A stretch of DNA of 57,994 nt, counting the filler, from Porpidia crustulata (lineage: Eukaryota): the NCBI GenBank assembly GCA_964255105.1. It is 4 parts of 4 records of this genome, joined end to end, with 100 filler letters (N's around TTAATTAATTAA, not from the genome) between each part and the next. Parts side by side here need not be neighbours in the genome. Positions count along the whole stretch, not along the records: positions 14,569 to 28,998 come from CAXUWE010000378.1; positions 29,099 to 43,518 come from CAXUWE010000379.1; 2 more parts are not named here. The stretch is one strand, 5' to 3'. Numbering within the stretch: position 1 is the stretch's first letter; the number at the start of each line of letters is the position of its first letter. The translations under genes and the position numbers were made by a program. The notes beneath the pieces were generated by a model, which saw nothing but the letters and a program-made list of their open reading frames with translations, did no database searches and had not been told where the DNA came from. Positions 23,901 through 35,105 of the stretch are shown piece by piece.

Positions 23901-24633
23901 TCACGCTGCCACAGTTTGGTTGGCAGCATTAGTGGCGGTCACTTTTGGCAGCTTAGATGCGAGATTCGGTGCTGCGTTGAGATCCGGCATATCCGGAAGC
24001 GTAAGAATCTTCACGTCCTTCGAAAGATGTTTTCCAAACGAAAAGTCGAGTTCGAGGTGAAGCCAAACCTCCTGCTGATTCTTGAGGTAAACTTTGATCT
24101 CTCCTTTCACAAAGCGGAGATTTATGTCGATTGCAATTCCCGTCACAAGATTGCCGTGGAACTCGCCAAGCTTCAGACCATAGATCCAGACGGTGATATC
24201 GGTATCAAGGGTGTCCGTGTCAATTCTTCCATCAATCTATGCACAATATCTAGTCAACTGTACTGAACTGCGAAAAGCTAGTCGAAAGTGAAAGTCGGCC
24301 ACGTACTATCACGGGGCCAAAACCCCATTTAAAATTGATAATCGATTGGTCTGGCCCGCTCAAGGCGTTTTTAACCGTTGAGGTAGAATTTCCATAGATA
24401 TCAGTCGGTGGCTCGTTACTGCTGGTCGAATATGCGTAGATTGGTGTATTGTCGAGCGGGTTGATACTTGTGGGAATCAGCTCCGTTCTCACTTGCTGTG
24501 GCTGGCCACGACCAAAAAGTCGATTCAGATGAGTTACACTCCTGCCTAGTCCGCTTGGGCTTGTTGGGAATGCAATTGATGCCAGGGGCAATAGAGCCCA
24601 TATCATGGTAAGGTAAGTCACAGGAAGATACAT
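23901..24633 (-). CDS. small predicted secreted protein with beta-rich C-terminal domain
   Basis: Signal-like MYLPVTYLTMIWALLPLASIAFP; one GT-AG intron after WGFGPVI; then IDGRIDTDTLDTDITVWIYGLKLGEFHGNLVTGIAIDINLRFVKGEIKVYLKNQQEVWLHLELDFSFGKH. Confidence 0.75.
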
Positions 24634-27044
24634 GGTGGGCGAGCGAGCTTTGGGAATGCAAATGACCCTCGAAACCGCAGCAAAAGGGAAGGACCAATTC
24701 TTATAGGAGAACGGAACATCAGACAGGGCTTTTCTTGTAGAAGAGCCATTTGCTAAGACAGCCACTGCGAAGAGCAGCGCTTTTACTGTCGCGAAATGCG
24801 GATATATTTCCGATCTCAGCCGTCATCAAGGGTATTTCAGGCCAAGGCTGTCGTCGGACAATAGAAAAGCCTCTTACCCTTAAGAGTTGCAAGACATTGG
24901 ACACATGCTGAGCCAAAAGCCGATTAGGAACCATGTGATCAGCTATTACGCAAGTACACCTCAAGACTCCCAATGAAAATAAGATTGTGGAAGACGAGAC
25001 GATCTCCCGAAGCCGGGAGGTAGCTGTATGCGCGATTCAATAGAATACCTCATAGCCTTTATGCGAGCGAGCCAAATATGGCGGATCACAACGGGACGCC
25101 GACGGGATGGCAGAAATAAGTTCTTGTGTTTAAATTGCGACCGGAGCCGCGAATTTTCTTGTTGCCTGAGTCGCACTATTGCAGTTGAAGCGCGGTATCC
25201 GACAAGCCTTGAAGCGCATGTACAATCAAACACCCCCCAACCAAACATTTCGACGTTAGATACCACGTTTCACGAGAAATTAGATAAGCGCACCAACAGC
25301 TTATACCAATGATGCGGCAAGGTATCCAGCCAAATAGTTCTGCCACCAAGTGGTGATAGAATGAGTCAGATTCCGAAGATGTCCTTTAACAGCAGGAAGA
25401 TTGTGGAACGCATCGAATGCTCATCTGGGTCGGGAATATTCACAGCGTATCCCAGGGATGGATCACCTTTGATCACATTGATACAGGTTTATCTCTGTGG
25501 ACACTGGGAAGACTGCTCGAGTCTGCTCTACTCGGAAGCAAAGCCACAGTCCGATAAGAATTGTAGTTGTTATTCTAGGACCGATGTGCGTGGGGTTAGT
25601 CTTGAGAGGTCTCTTTACCTCCACGTGTAACATCGATTGACGGGTCTGGGGTATCAGGTATTGATGGATTCGCGGAGAGAATCTAAACGGTGACTATGAT
25701 CAACAACATGTCCTCGTAGTCACATGTCCGTGAAGAGAAACAATAATAGCACCCAAGGCCGTGGTGGCTTCTGTGGTTCAGTTTACAACGGCCAGCAAGG
25801 CAACAAGTCAAGAAAGGTCCCACAGCCTAGCGTAATACTGCGACTACCTAAGGAACGTGAGTATCTACCAATCTGAGTAAACATTTAGTGAGCTAAAATA
25901 TCTTGCTTCCGCAAGGGGTTGACCTTCTATTCCATGCATACCTACGCAGCCCAGTCGTGAGCCAGCAAAACATCGCAGGAGTGGCCAGAGCAGCCAGAAA
26001 ATTTCACGAGTAGCAAATGCGACTGACACTACATCTTTTGCAGATATAGGTACCGTGCTAAATATGAATAAGTGCATATATATTCTTACTGCACTGATTG
26101 TGCTTTGCTTTGTTGGTCATCAACATTGTACCGAAACACCTATCTTGCAACGAAACCCTGCCGCTAAATCAGCTCACATCCATCAGGTATCGTTTGCGAT
26201 AATCGGGCTTGCCGGTCAAGCCAGGCGAGATTATCTTTACAATCAGGCTGGTATGACACTGAAGTAGCGAAAATGTTGTACGAGGCGCTCTCGAGTGCTT
26301 GACTTGAAATTGATGTTCGCTTAAAATGACAGAATTGGGCGTGCGGAGGAAGGTTGCAAAGCATTTAGCGAGCAGTTGGTGTCAAAGACTATTGATGACC
26401 ATTAACGTAATATCGTACGGACGTAATAAAGACTTGGGTGCTGCTTTACGTCCGTAATCATAGTCAAAGATTGAGGTCTTGGATTTCCAGGTGCTTGTTC
26501 GTTAAATGATGACTGGATCAAGCGACATTTCTTGCTCTCATGTTTCCACGACAGATACAGATGGCACAGTACTCTAGCGATGAGGGAGCAAATTATGGGA
26601 ATTCCTGCCGAAATTACTGCTATTCTATTGGACGAAGTCTAACTAGTTTGTTATGACCTACAAGCTGAGCGTATCAACTCTATTTAAAGCTGTCGATGGG
26701 TTGGACCGAAGGACGACTATGAGCTTTGAAAGTGATATATCCGAGTCCGGCAGCTTTGGTAATTGACTATATATATCGTCCGCTGTGGAGATCTTCGCAC
26801 TACTCAAGAACATCTACACTTCTGAAGATGGCGCTTCTCAGGTCAAGCTATTGCCATATGTCTACATCTCTACTTTCATATTTGATATCAGCTTTCGTAG
26901 ATTTGCGTCTTCATGACTCAGGAACATTGCGCTAAAGAAACACTTCAATATTAAAGCCTCCACGTTATCTCAAATTCCAGACATTGAACTTTTCGATTTG
27001 TTTTAGAGGATTAGATCTTTGAAATAGCTGGATCCTTTAGCACT

Positions 27045-28774
27045 ATGAAGTACATAGTCAGGGCGACGAACACCGAGCAATTGGAGTCCTATAATGGATG
27101 GAAGAACGATCAAGGCGTAAGTCACCAACGCACCTACTTTAACCACCTAGTGCCATACTGAGATTGATATAGTTTGAAGGAGACGTTGAGTATCGATCTC
27201 CAGTCGCGCTCGTTGTGACTGGGAGCATACCCTATTATGCTGCTGGAGTGTTGTTCCGTACTGGCCCAGGTGGCTATCAAGTGGACACCGTGAAAGGCAC
27301 GACTTATGCAGCGTCCCATTGGTTTGATGGCTTCTCACAGGTTCACCGCTTTCAGATCATAACCCCTTCCGAATCTGGTTCTCAGACCAGAGTCCTCTAC
27401 AACTCTCGAAACACGGCTGATACGCTGGTTGAGGGCATCCGGGAATCCGGATCTTTTCAGGGGTTCACTTTCGGCCAGAAGCGTGACCCGTGCGAAAGCT
27501 ATTTCAAGAAGATCATGAGTACATTCACCCCTAGTACGCCAAGCGGCAATATCGGCGTTACATTATCTATCGATTTGCCGGGATTACCAGGCACAGTCCC
27601 GTACGAGGAAAAAAGCAAAGGTCATGGATCTGGAATCCAGAACCTATGGGCTAAGACCGACGCCGCTGCTCTGAAGCAACTGGATCCTGAAACACTCGAG
27701 CCAATTGGTATGGCCCGACAGGTTACTTTACATCCTGATCTCAAAGGAGCCATGTCGGCTTCACATGCGAAGTCAGACCCTATCACTGGCGACGTATACA
27801 ATTATAACCTTGACGTGGGCCGTAATCCGACTTATCGTGTCTTCTCGACTTCTGCCTCGAGCGGCAAGACCACCATCCTCGCAACGATTACGAGTGCCAA
27901 AGGCGCCTACATCCATTCCCTCTTCCTCACGGAAAATTACGTCGTTCTCTGTGTGTGGGGTAGCTATTACGCCTACAGCGGCCTCAAGCTCCTCTGGGAA
28001 AAGAATATTCTTGATGCCATCGGCCCACTCGACCCGTCCATCCCGTCAACTTGGTTTGTTGTCGACCGTAAGCATGGCAAGGGTGTAGTTGCAACATATG
28101 AATCCTCCTCATTCTTCTGCTTCCACACCATTAATGCCTGGGAAGAACCCTCGCCAAACGACCCCTCAACAACCGACATTATCGCTGACCTATGCGCTTA
28201 TGACAACTGCGACATCCTCAAGAAAAACTACTACGAAAATCTGAAAGCTACTTCCCCTACGTCACGAGCCTACGTTGGCGAGAAAGGCGACTCTGCTCGT
28301 CCAGCGATCAAACGGTGGCGCCTACCTGCCACCACCACCACATCCGACTCCACCATTCGCCAAGCAACCTTAGAATGGGCAGCCCCCAAACCCTCTTCCG
28401 TCGAACTTCCCACCATGAACCTAAAGTATTTCACCCGTCCCTACCGCTATATCTACGGAGTCTCTGACACTGGTGCCTCAACCTTTATCGACGGCCTCCT
28501 GAAATACGACACCCACACCCACAAAACCATGACTTGGCGACATCATGGCCAAACGCCTGGTGAACCGATCTTTGTGCCAGATCCTGAGGGTAAGGGGGAA
28601 GATGAGGGGATTTTGTTGAGTGTGGTGCTGGATGGGACGAGGGGGAAGAGCTATCTGTTGGTTCTGGACGCTAGAAACTTGACAGAGATTGGGAGGGCGA
28701 GTATGAACAGTGTGGTTGCGTTTGGATTCCACGGAATACATATCAAGCGAGGGGAATGGAGGATTGATTATTGA
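27045..28774 (+). CDS. carotenoid cleavage oxygenase (RPE65 family), CarT/CAO-2 torulene-oxygenase-like
   Basis: Exon 1 from ATG 27045, intron about 27117-27172; GVLFRTGPG, SHWFDG, four putative Fe-binding His (SASH, YIHS, CFHT, GFHG), ELPTMN, PGEPIFVPDP..EDEG. Confidence 0.9.
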
Positions 28775-28998
28775 GGTGAAATGAATGCTTTTCGTGAACA
28801 GCTCGGCGATGCGGCAGTGAGAGTATGTCAATTACATGTTTCTTGTAGAACAACACAAATGATCATTTAAGGTAGCTTCCACCCTGAATATTCTTCCCCT
28901 GCATGTTCTTCACCAAGACTCTTATCAGATCGAGATGCTTTGACGAGTCTGCGAGAAGCCGGAACTAAGCGTATTATCGAAGGTACCTACAGGGGGGA

Positions 28999-29098
28999 NN
29001 NNNNNNNNNNNNNNNNNNNNNNNNNNNNNNNNNNNNNNNNNNTTAATTAATTAANNNNNNNNNNNNNNNNNNNNNNNNNNNNNNNNNNNNNNNNNNNN
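28999..29098. other. artificial contig spacer
   Basis: N44-TTAATTAATTAA-N44, same as 14469-14568. Confidence 0.97.
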
Positions 29099-29235
29099 GA
29101 AGAGGGGAGAGGGGGAAAAGGGAGTGAGCTGAGGAAATGAGGAGGAAAAAGAAGAAGAAGAAGAAGAAGAAGAAGAAGAAGAAAGATGGAAACGAAGATG
29201 AGAGAGAGGAAGAAGATGATGATGATGATGAGGAG
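29099..29235 (+). repeat. purine-rich low-complexity tract with (GAA)11 and (GAT)n microsatellites at the contig end
   Basis: (GAA)11 at 29151-29183, followed by gat repeats around 29215-29230. Confidence 0.9.
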
Positions 29236-30603
29236 GAACGGAGAATGTTGCCAGCCAGATATCGCTATCAAAGAAAGAAGGCTATCCAGCATTTCCCGTT
29301 ACCGACCATTCACATAAACCCAATCACTGCGAAGCCACCCATCAAAGCCGCAAATCACAAAATCCCAAAACAGATGTACATATATATCCAGGGAAAAAGA
29401 GGGAATCTCCGTGTAGATTGAGGAGAGAGATTCGAATACGTGGATGTGATGATACGGAGGGGATGACTGCAGTGAGATGAGGTTGGGATTGAGGTTGAGG
29501 TTGAGACTGAGATACAGAAAGCAGATGTGAGTATCTGGATAGTGTATATAATATATGGAAAAGTGAGATAGGGATGGAGCAGTATAGGGGAGATGGAGAT
29601 GTGAATATATAAATATAAAAAATGTCACCACAACAACGATACCCAAATCGCATTTCTCTTCCACAGCTAACAGATCGATTCATTTGTTTCTTTCACCGAT
29701 GATAATAGATGGCACGCCGAAGACGCGGGATAAAATGCGAGAGCGAGGTGGCTTTGGCGTGGGAATGCCTGGGTTTTTAGAAGAGGGAGTGTTCGCTCGC
29801 GAGGGGCAAGCCGTTGAAAGGAAAGTTGTTGAATTGTGGGTTCTGCATGGTTGATAAACCGACTGGAAAGAACTTCTGGCGAGGCTCGAGGTGGTGCAGT
29901 GCTCTGGGTTTCGACAAGAGCATTGTTGGCTTGTGGGTTACACTGAAAGCCCAAAAGGGTTCTTCAAACGCATCGCAGTCGCTTTCGTGGACTCTATACT
30001 TTTGTCACGCCCAACCCCACCCTTGCAGATCCCTCGGGTTCTGAAACGCAACGGGTCGTCTTTGATAAGGATTGTTTGATGGGGGACAGCAGACGATACA
30101 AAGCTACCGGACGTTCCGGTAGCTATTCCGCGCAATGTGCAACGCCTACTTCCCCTGAGGGTCTGAGGATACGACGACGTGCAGATCTTCTAGCTTCTGT
30201 GCAGAGGCACGGTTCTTTCGATGCGGAAACCCATTTTTGGGGCGACGGGTGGCGGCAGAGGAATGCGCCGCCGTGCACCAGCGTTTTTGTGTTACCGGGA
30301 GGGAAAGCCGGGATGGCCCCCAAATTCGTGTGCATGGAGTAGTGTAGGTTGTTGGAAATGGAATGGAATGGAAATGGGTTACTTTTTAAAGAGGATGATG
30401 TGCATAATGAGAATGGGGAAATGGAATTGGGATGAGTGAAAGTAAGAAAGCGGTATTGAGGAGATTGAGCAGGTAAGAATGATGCTATTTCGAGGGAGAA
30501 TCTAGAATTGAAACTCAACTTTACTATCTTGTCAATTCATTGCTTTGATAGAATCCTGCGAGAGAAAACCATCAGCAGGCTAGACCTCGACATCGCAAAA
30601 AGC

Positions 30604-31011
30604 CTACCCATCACCCCAAACCCCTTGAGACTTCCGGAAATCCGCCAGGGATCTCGTTCGCTGCTGCAGCGTGTCCTTCAGTCGTCTTTCATGTTCCTCC
30701 AGCGACGCTCTAATGCATTCTCGTGCACGAGGATTTTCTATAATTTCTGGGTCGCGCAATGATTTTTCCAATTAGGCCACGTTATCCGTGTGAAATTCAC
30801 CTTTTTTACGAAAATTCTCAAAGATGCCTTCCTCACAATATTGGTAGCACTCGGGACAGACGGAGGGCGCCTTAATCTTTTTCGTCCACACGATGTTGAT
30901 GTCGAACACACTGTTACAATTGTCGCCATCGGCACATTCGCAGTGTTCCAAGATGACGAGGGGCTTTTCATGCTCGCACTCCACGTACACTTCGTTGTAT
31001 CCCACACACAT
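30604..31011 (-). pseudogene. small Cys-rich (possible Zn-binding) plus helical protein ending QGVWGDG, split by an in-frame TAA at 30774-30772
   Basis: MCVGYNEVYVECEH...HCECADGDNCN...CPECYQYCEE...HTDNVA*LEKSLRDPEIIENPRARECIRASLEEHERRLKDTLQQRTRSLADFRKSQGVWGDG*: 79 codons, TAA, then 55 more open codons in frame to TAG at 30606-30604. Confidence 0.65.
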
Positions 31012-32090
31012 CTTGAGTATGATACTTGCACACTTAGAAGTTGTGTGCCGTCTTGTTCGTGATGTGATTGAGGATCTCAATGGGCTTTGAGCGAGCGTTT
31101 GGGGAGGGAAATTTTTCATGTCGTTTTATATAAATTGCTGTGTTAACTTAAGGTTCATCAACAAAGCCATTGTCATTTCGGTCTTCTTGTTCATTTACTT
31201 TCATATCAATTGTCTTGAACAAAGCTTTCTGTCATCTTTCATTAGGCATTGAACGGCCCGGGTCTTTGTTCTCCAAGCGCCACCGAGATACCTGTCACAT
31301 TTTGAAGACATCGATCGGCTTCAGGGGGTGATAGGGGATTTGTAGATTCTGAAGCATTGATCTCAGCTCTTTTCATGCTTGGATAGATTGTGATCATTTT
31401 AATGCGCGCTAATGAGCGTAAATCCCGTGAGATTCGATATCCAGATCATGGCATCAAGTCAATGAAGTAGTTCCTTTTTGCTGCTATGTGTAGGTGCACG
31501 GGAGAGGACTCAATATGAAGATTTTTAAATGATGCAGCAGTCATAGTTAAAATAAGGTGTGCCAAGGTCTTTCCTATTGCACTATCGAATCATCTGTAAG
31601 GTAATCTATGTTATGATCGAAAAGTCCAAGTGGAAGACCAGTAGGTGATGGAGGAGATTGTGCAGACTGTCGTGAGAATTCCATTCGGATTGTTCTGATG
31701 TAGCCACCTTGGAAGTACCATCCGATGTGGCCTTGCAATTGCTTCGATAGTTAGAGATTGAGGCCCATAGGTATCTATGTGTGCATAGAAAGAACTGTTG
31801 GCCATGTACGCTGGGCGCAATCGATAAGGTCTTGGTTGACATCCGAGTAGATACCTAGGTAGTCCCCGCCGCCCCGCCATCTGGATATCCGTCCGAATGC
31901 CCGGCATTTAGTTCATCGCAAGGTCTCTATTTCAAAAGCCAGAGACTATGATGATCATATAGATTGCTATCCTATCAAAGTTTTGGTTGGAACTGTATTG
32001 CCAAGGTTGAGGTGAGTCTTTATCACCAGGCCAATCCAGACATCTACTAATGCATGTCAGTCTTGGAAATGCTTCCTGGAGTCGCCCAAA

Positions 32091-35000
32091 ATGCTTCCTC
32101 CACACAGAACTAGAATGATGAGTACTCTAGGCATGGGAAATAAACGCCAATCTTCCAGCCTCAGTGCTCTCGCTCGTATACAATCAGGCAAACCTCGACC
32201 TTACCTTCGATCCCCTCGTTCTCACTGCCCAGATCGTCGTAATTATGGGACCCACCAAAGGACCTCAAGGAAGCAGTCCACCAATCATACTTGCTTCGAG
32301 GCTCGGTATTCCCCATCTTCAAGGGGCGCCACCATGAAATTTTATCCTCAGTCTATATCTTATCCCATTCGTCTCACAAATCGAGCGCTTCCAGGCCAAA
32401 GCTGGCGTCTTATAAGTTCCTGGGGTAAATCAAATGGTTTCGAGGGGAACCCGAACGACCCTTCCAAGACCAAGAGTAAGGATGAAGAGCAGAAACGCCC
32501 TGAGTGGTTTGCAGAACACCTGAAGAGAAGCAAGGAAAGTTTAGAACGCTTTGAAGAGATAAAAAGAAGGATTGACAGTGATCCTTTTGGGATGATATTT
32601 GGTCGAAGATTGGAGGAACTTTATCCATGGAAACACAAGTCTACCGCGCATTCCAAGAGTGGGGAAGCCGATGCTAAGAGGCCCGACTTTTCACCCTCTA
32701 TCTACAAACGGTCTGCAGACGAGCAAACTGTCAAGCAAAGCGTTACTGGGATGAACAGGGAAAGAACAGGATCTTTCCAATCAAAATCTTTCGCCCATTC
32801 CTCCTTAGCGTCAAGTGCCAGGTCTGGAATTGGGACTGATAATGGATACGATATTGATCCTATAACTATGAGAAAAGTGCCACGGGAGGCCCTTGTCTCA
32901 AGCATGTCGGACAAAAATATTACACAAGAAGAGACTATCGAGATCCCAGTGAAACGTTTCGTAGCGGCGACGGTAACAAATTGCGACTCGGAAACACCCT
33001 TGAAAGACAGTGTTGTTGAAAGACCATCGGACAAGAGGCCTATTTCATCTCACGAGAACACTATCCCCGCATCACAATCTGATAATAATTCCAACGACTG
33101 GCTTGCGCAGGAAGGATTCGGCGCGAAAAGTCAGGCAACCGACGTTACTGGTTTGAGAAGAGAGCCACAAATAGTAAATACGAAGATCAAGCCCCCTACC
33201 ACCAAAATAGAGAGTGCTTTAGATCGCCATTTGAGGATACAAAGCTCTGCTTCCCAGAGGGAAGCGACCACTCCTCCCAAGCTCCAATGTAACACTAAGG
33301 AGAACACAACCGAACATATTGATTTACTCAGACCAAACGATGTAAGAGCAGCCTCAGGATTACGCGGACGAAGTCCTAAGGAGACGACAAAAGAACAGGA
33401 AGAAAGGCGGAAGAGTCTTTCCGCTGATTATGAAAACCGGGTGCAAGATCTGGAGAGGCAATTCGCGGAAGAAATTGCATCTGTTGGAGGAAGTGAAAAA
33501 GAGATCGATAGTGCGAGTGATCAGCTAAGCATGTCAAAGAAAAGATCCGGAGGCAGCATAGCAGCGGTCAATCCGAAGAATGCCGAGCAGACTGGTGATA
33601 GCGCTGAAGGACGCCATGCTGTCACCGCCAAGATGAGAACAGATAGCTTTGACGCTCTCCCTCAGTACGTAAAGGATGAAGCTTCCGTAATACGCGGGAC
33701 CCACAAGGCAGAATCGTGCAAGAGCTCCTCTGCACAAGATCTGGGAGCACAGCCTGTAGTATCGCAATGGCTAGAACCAGGTGAAGGAGACATGGCCCAT
33801 AACGTTCACGAATTTGCTAGCAGAGATCGTTGGTACAAGCAAAAGGCACCGCATGCGATCGATCAGTCGGAGGCGAAGGTGTTGCAAGCTGCCAAGGACA
33901 AGGCTTTCATCTGCGAAATAAGAGGCATCTACGAGGAGACATACGGTACCATCGATACAAAACACCGCCAGGCATCCCGTATTGTATCGGCAGAGAATCA
34001 TGATGGACGCAAGGCACAGTCCGCGACTGACCCTGATAAGCAATCCCAAATTCGCAGCGGCGTATCTGCTCTTGAAGCAAACCAGGTCTCACTCAAGGCC
34101 GAGAACATAGGGGCAGGAGAGGTTTACAATTCGCCTAATCTCGAAGGGATGGCCATGATTCAACGACTTTTCGAAGAACTCCATGAGACACAAACTCTCA
34201 TCCAGGCCCACAAACTAGAGTTGGAAAAGATCCCAATCAAAGGCGAATCCAACAATCTTTTGCAGAGTCTTAAAGCATCCGAACAAAGAGTCCTGCAGAC
34301 TCTGAAGACTGCATGGGGACTCCTCAAGACAAATGCGGCTCTGCCAGACACGCGGATGGACGAGAGTTCAAACAAAGGTCACGCAACCGACGTAGCTACG
34401 TCTGCTTTGAGGCCCTCTCAGACGCCAATCTCAGCGCCACAAGATTCAACTGATGTCTACAGGATCTTAGCCTATGATCCGCATACCCAAAAGATCACCA
34501 ACACGAAGACTACATCATTGAAAGAGTCGACAACTGAAACGCCCCTGACCTTATCAGAAACCCTCTCTAAGCTGAATAATCCTGCGAAATTCGTCCCTTA
34601 CTTTACTTCACTCAGTAAGCTAGGTTACGAGATCATCTCGGGCGGTTCGGACATCTTGGTATTCAAGAAGGTCAGACAAGAGAAATCTCCCAGCTTGACT
34701 TCAGACTACGCAGCTGCCACCGCTGAGAGGACTACAATGCACGCAAACCCCATTGATGGCACAACCACGCAGACAGGAAATTTCGCTTCGCCTACGGGGT
34801 TCGTTAATCACGATGCCGTTCTGCCCCCTTCCGATTCGGAGCTCCAGCAGCCAGAGTTATCATACTCCGAGCAGCATAGCTTCGGCCAGAAAGTACGAAG
34901 GGAGGAAGCCGTCTTTTCTGGCTCTTCTCGTACGCACTGGCAAGATCACTATAATCAAGGTCCGAGGTATGGAGCAAAGCTGAAGAGTCGGCTCCGAAGA

Positions 35001-35105
35001 GCGGCAAGACGCAAGAGAACTTTGCGACGGATGGTGTGGGTTGGAGTGTGGACCGCATCGTGCTGTTACGGTGTTGGTCTATTGACCGAACACCTTCGGG
35101 CTTAA
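32091..35105 (+). CDS. large uncharacterised fungal protein, probable mitochondrial presequence and C-terminal TM
   Basis: 1004-aa intronless ORF; Arg/Ser-rich N-terminus; blocks DPFGMIFG, YDIDPITMRKV, YRILAYDP, GYEIISG..DILVFKKVR, GNFASPTGFVNHD, VRREEAVFSG; hydrophobic tail VWVGVWTASCCYGVGLL. Confidence 0.8.
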   Translation: MLPPHRTRMMSTLGMGNKRQSSSLSALARIQSGKPRPYLRSPRSHCPDRRNYGTHQRTSRKQSTNHTCFEARYSPSSRGATMKFYPQSISYPIRLTNRALPGQSWRLISSWGKSNGFEGNPNDPSKTKSKDEEQKRPEWFAEHLKRSKESLERFEEIKRRIDSDPFGMIFGRRLEELYPWKHKSTAHSKSGEADAKRPDFSPSIYKRSADEQTVKQSVTGMNRERTGSFQSKSFAHSSLASSARSGIGTDNGYDIDPITMRKVPREALVSSMSDKNITQEETIEIPVKRFVAATVTNCDSETPLKDSVVERPSDKRPISSHENTIPASQSDNNSNDWLAQEGFGAKSQATDVTGLRREPQIVNTKIKPPTTKIESALDRHLRIQSSASQREATTPPKLQCNTKENTTEHIDLLRPNDVRAASGLRGRSPKETTKEQEERRKSLSADYENRVQDLERQFAEEIASVGGSEKEIDSASDQLSMSKKRSGGSIAAVNPKNAEQTGDSAEGRHAVTAKMRTDSFDALPQYVKDEASVIRGTHKAESCKSSSAQDLGAQPVVSQWLEPGEGDMAHNVHEFASRDRWYKQKAPHAIDQSEAKVLQAAKDKAFICEIRGIYEETYGTIDTKHRQASRIVSAENHDGRKAQSATDPDKQSQIRSGVSALEANQVSLKAENIGAGEVYNSPNLEGMAMIQRLFEELHETQTLIQAHKLELEKIPIKGESNNLLQSLKASEQRVLQTLKTAWGLLKTNAALPDTRMDESSNKGHATDVATSALRPSQTPISAPQDSTDVYRILAYDPHTQKITNTKTTSLKESTTETPLTLSETLSKLNNPAKFVPYFTSLSKLGYEIISGGSDILVFKKVRQEKSPSLTSDYAAATAERTTMHANPIDGTTTQTGNFASPTGFVNHDAVLPPSDSELQQPELSYSEQHSFGQKVRREEAVFSGSSRTHWQDHYNQGPRYGAKLKSRLRRAARRKRTLRRMVWVGVWTASCCYGVGLLTEHLRA

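Noticed and set aside
24800..27000. Possible transposon or gene in the gene-poor stretch
   Set aside because: Only short ORFs; I saw no transposase/RT motifs or terminal repeats.
6616..28774. Secondary-metabolite cluster (AflY-like enzyme, FOL2, carotenoid oxygenase)
   Set aside because: The genes lie on different contigs or among housekeeping genes, and no PKS, NRPS or terpene synthase is present.
29137..29421. Poly-Lys/acidic 94-aa ORF
   Set aside because: Explained by microsatellites at the contig end.
10717..31011. Alternative genetic code (TAA = Gln) suggested by two in-frame TAA codons
   Set aside because: TAA is the normal terminator of other genes here (MSB2, the DUF4336-like gene, the 1004-aa ORF) and long conserved genes contain no internal TAA.
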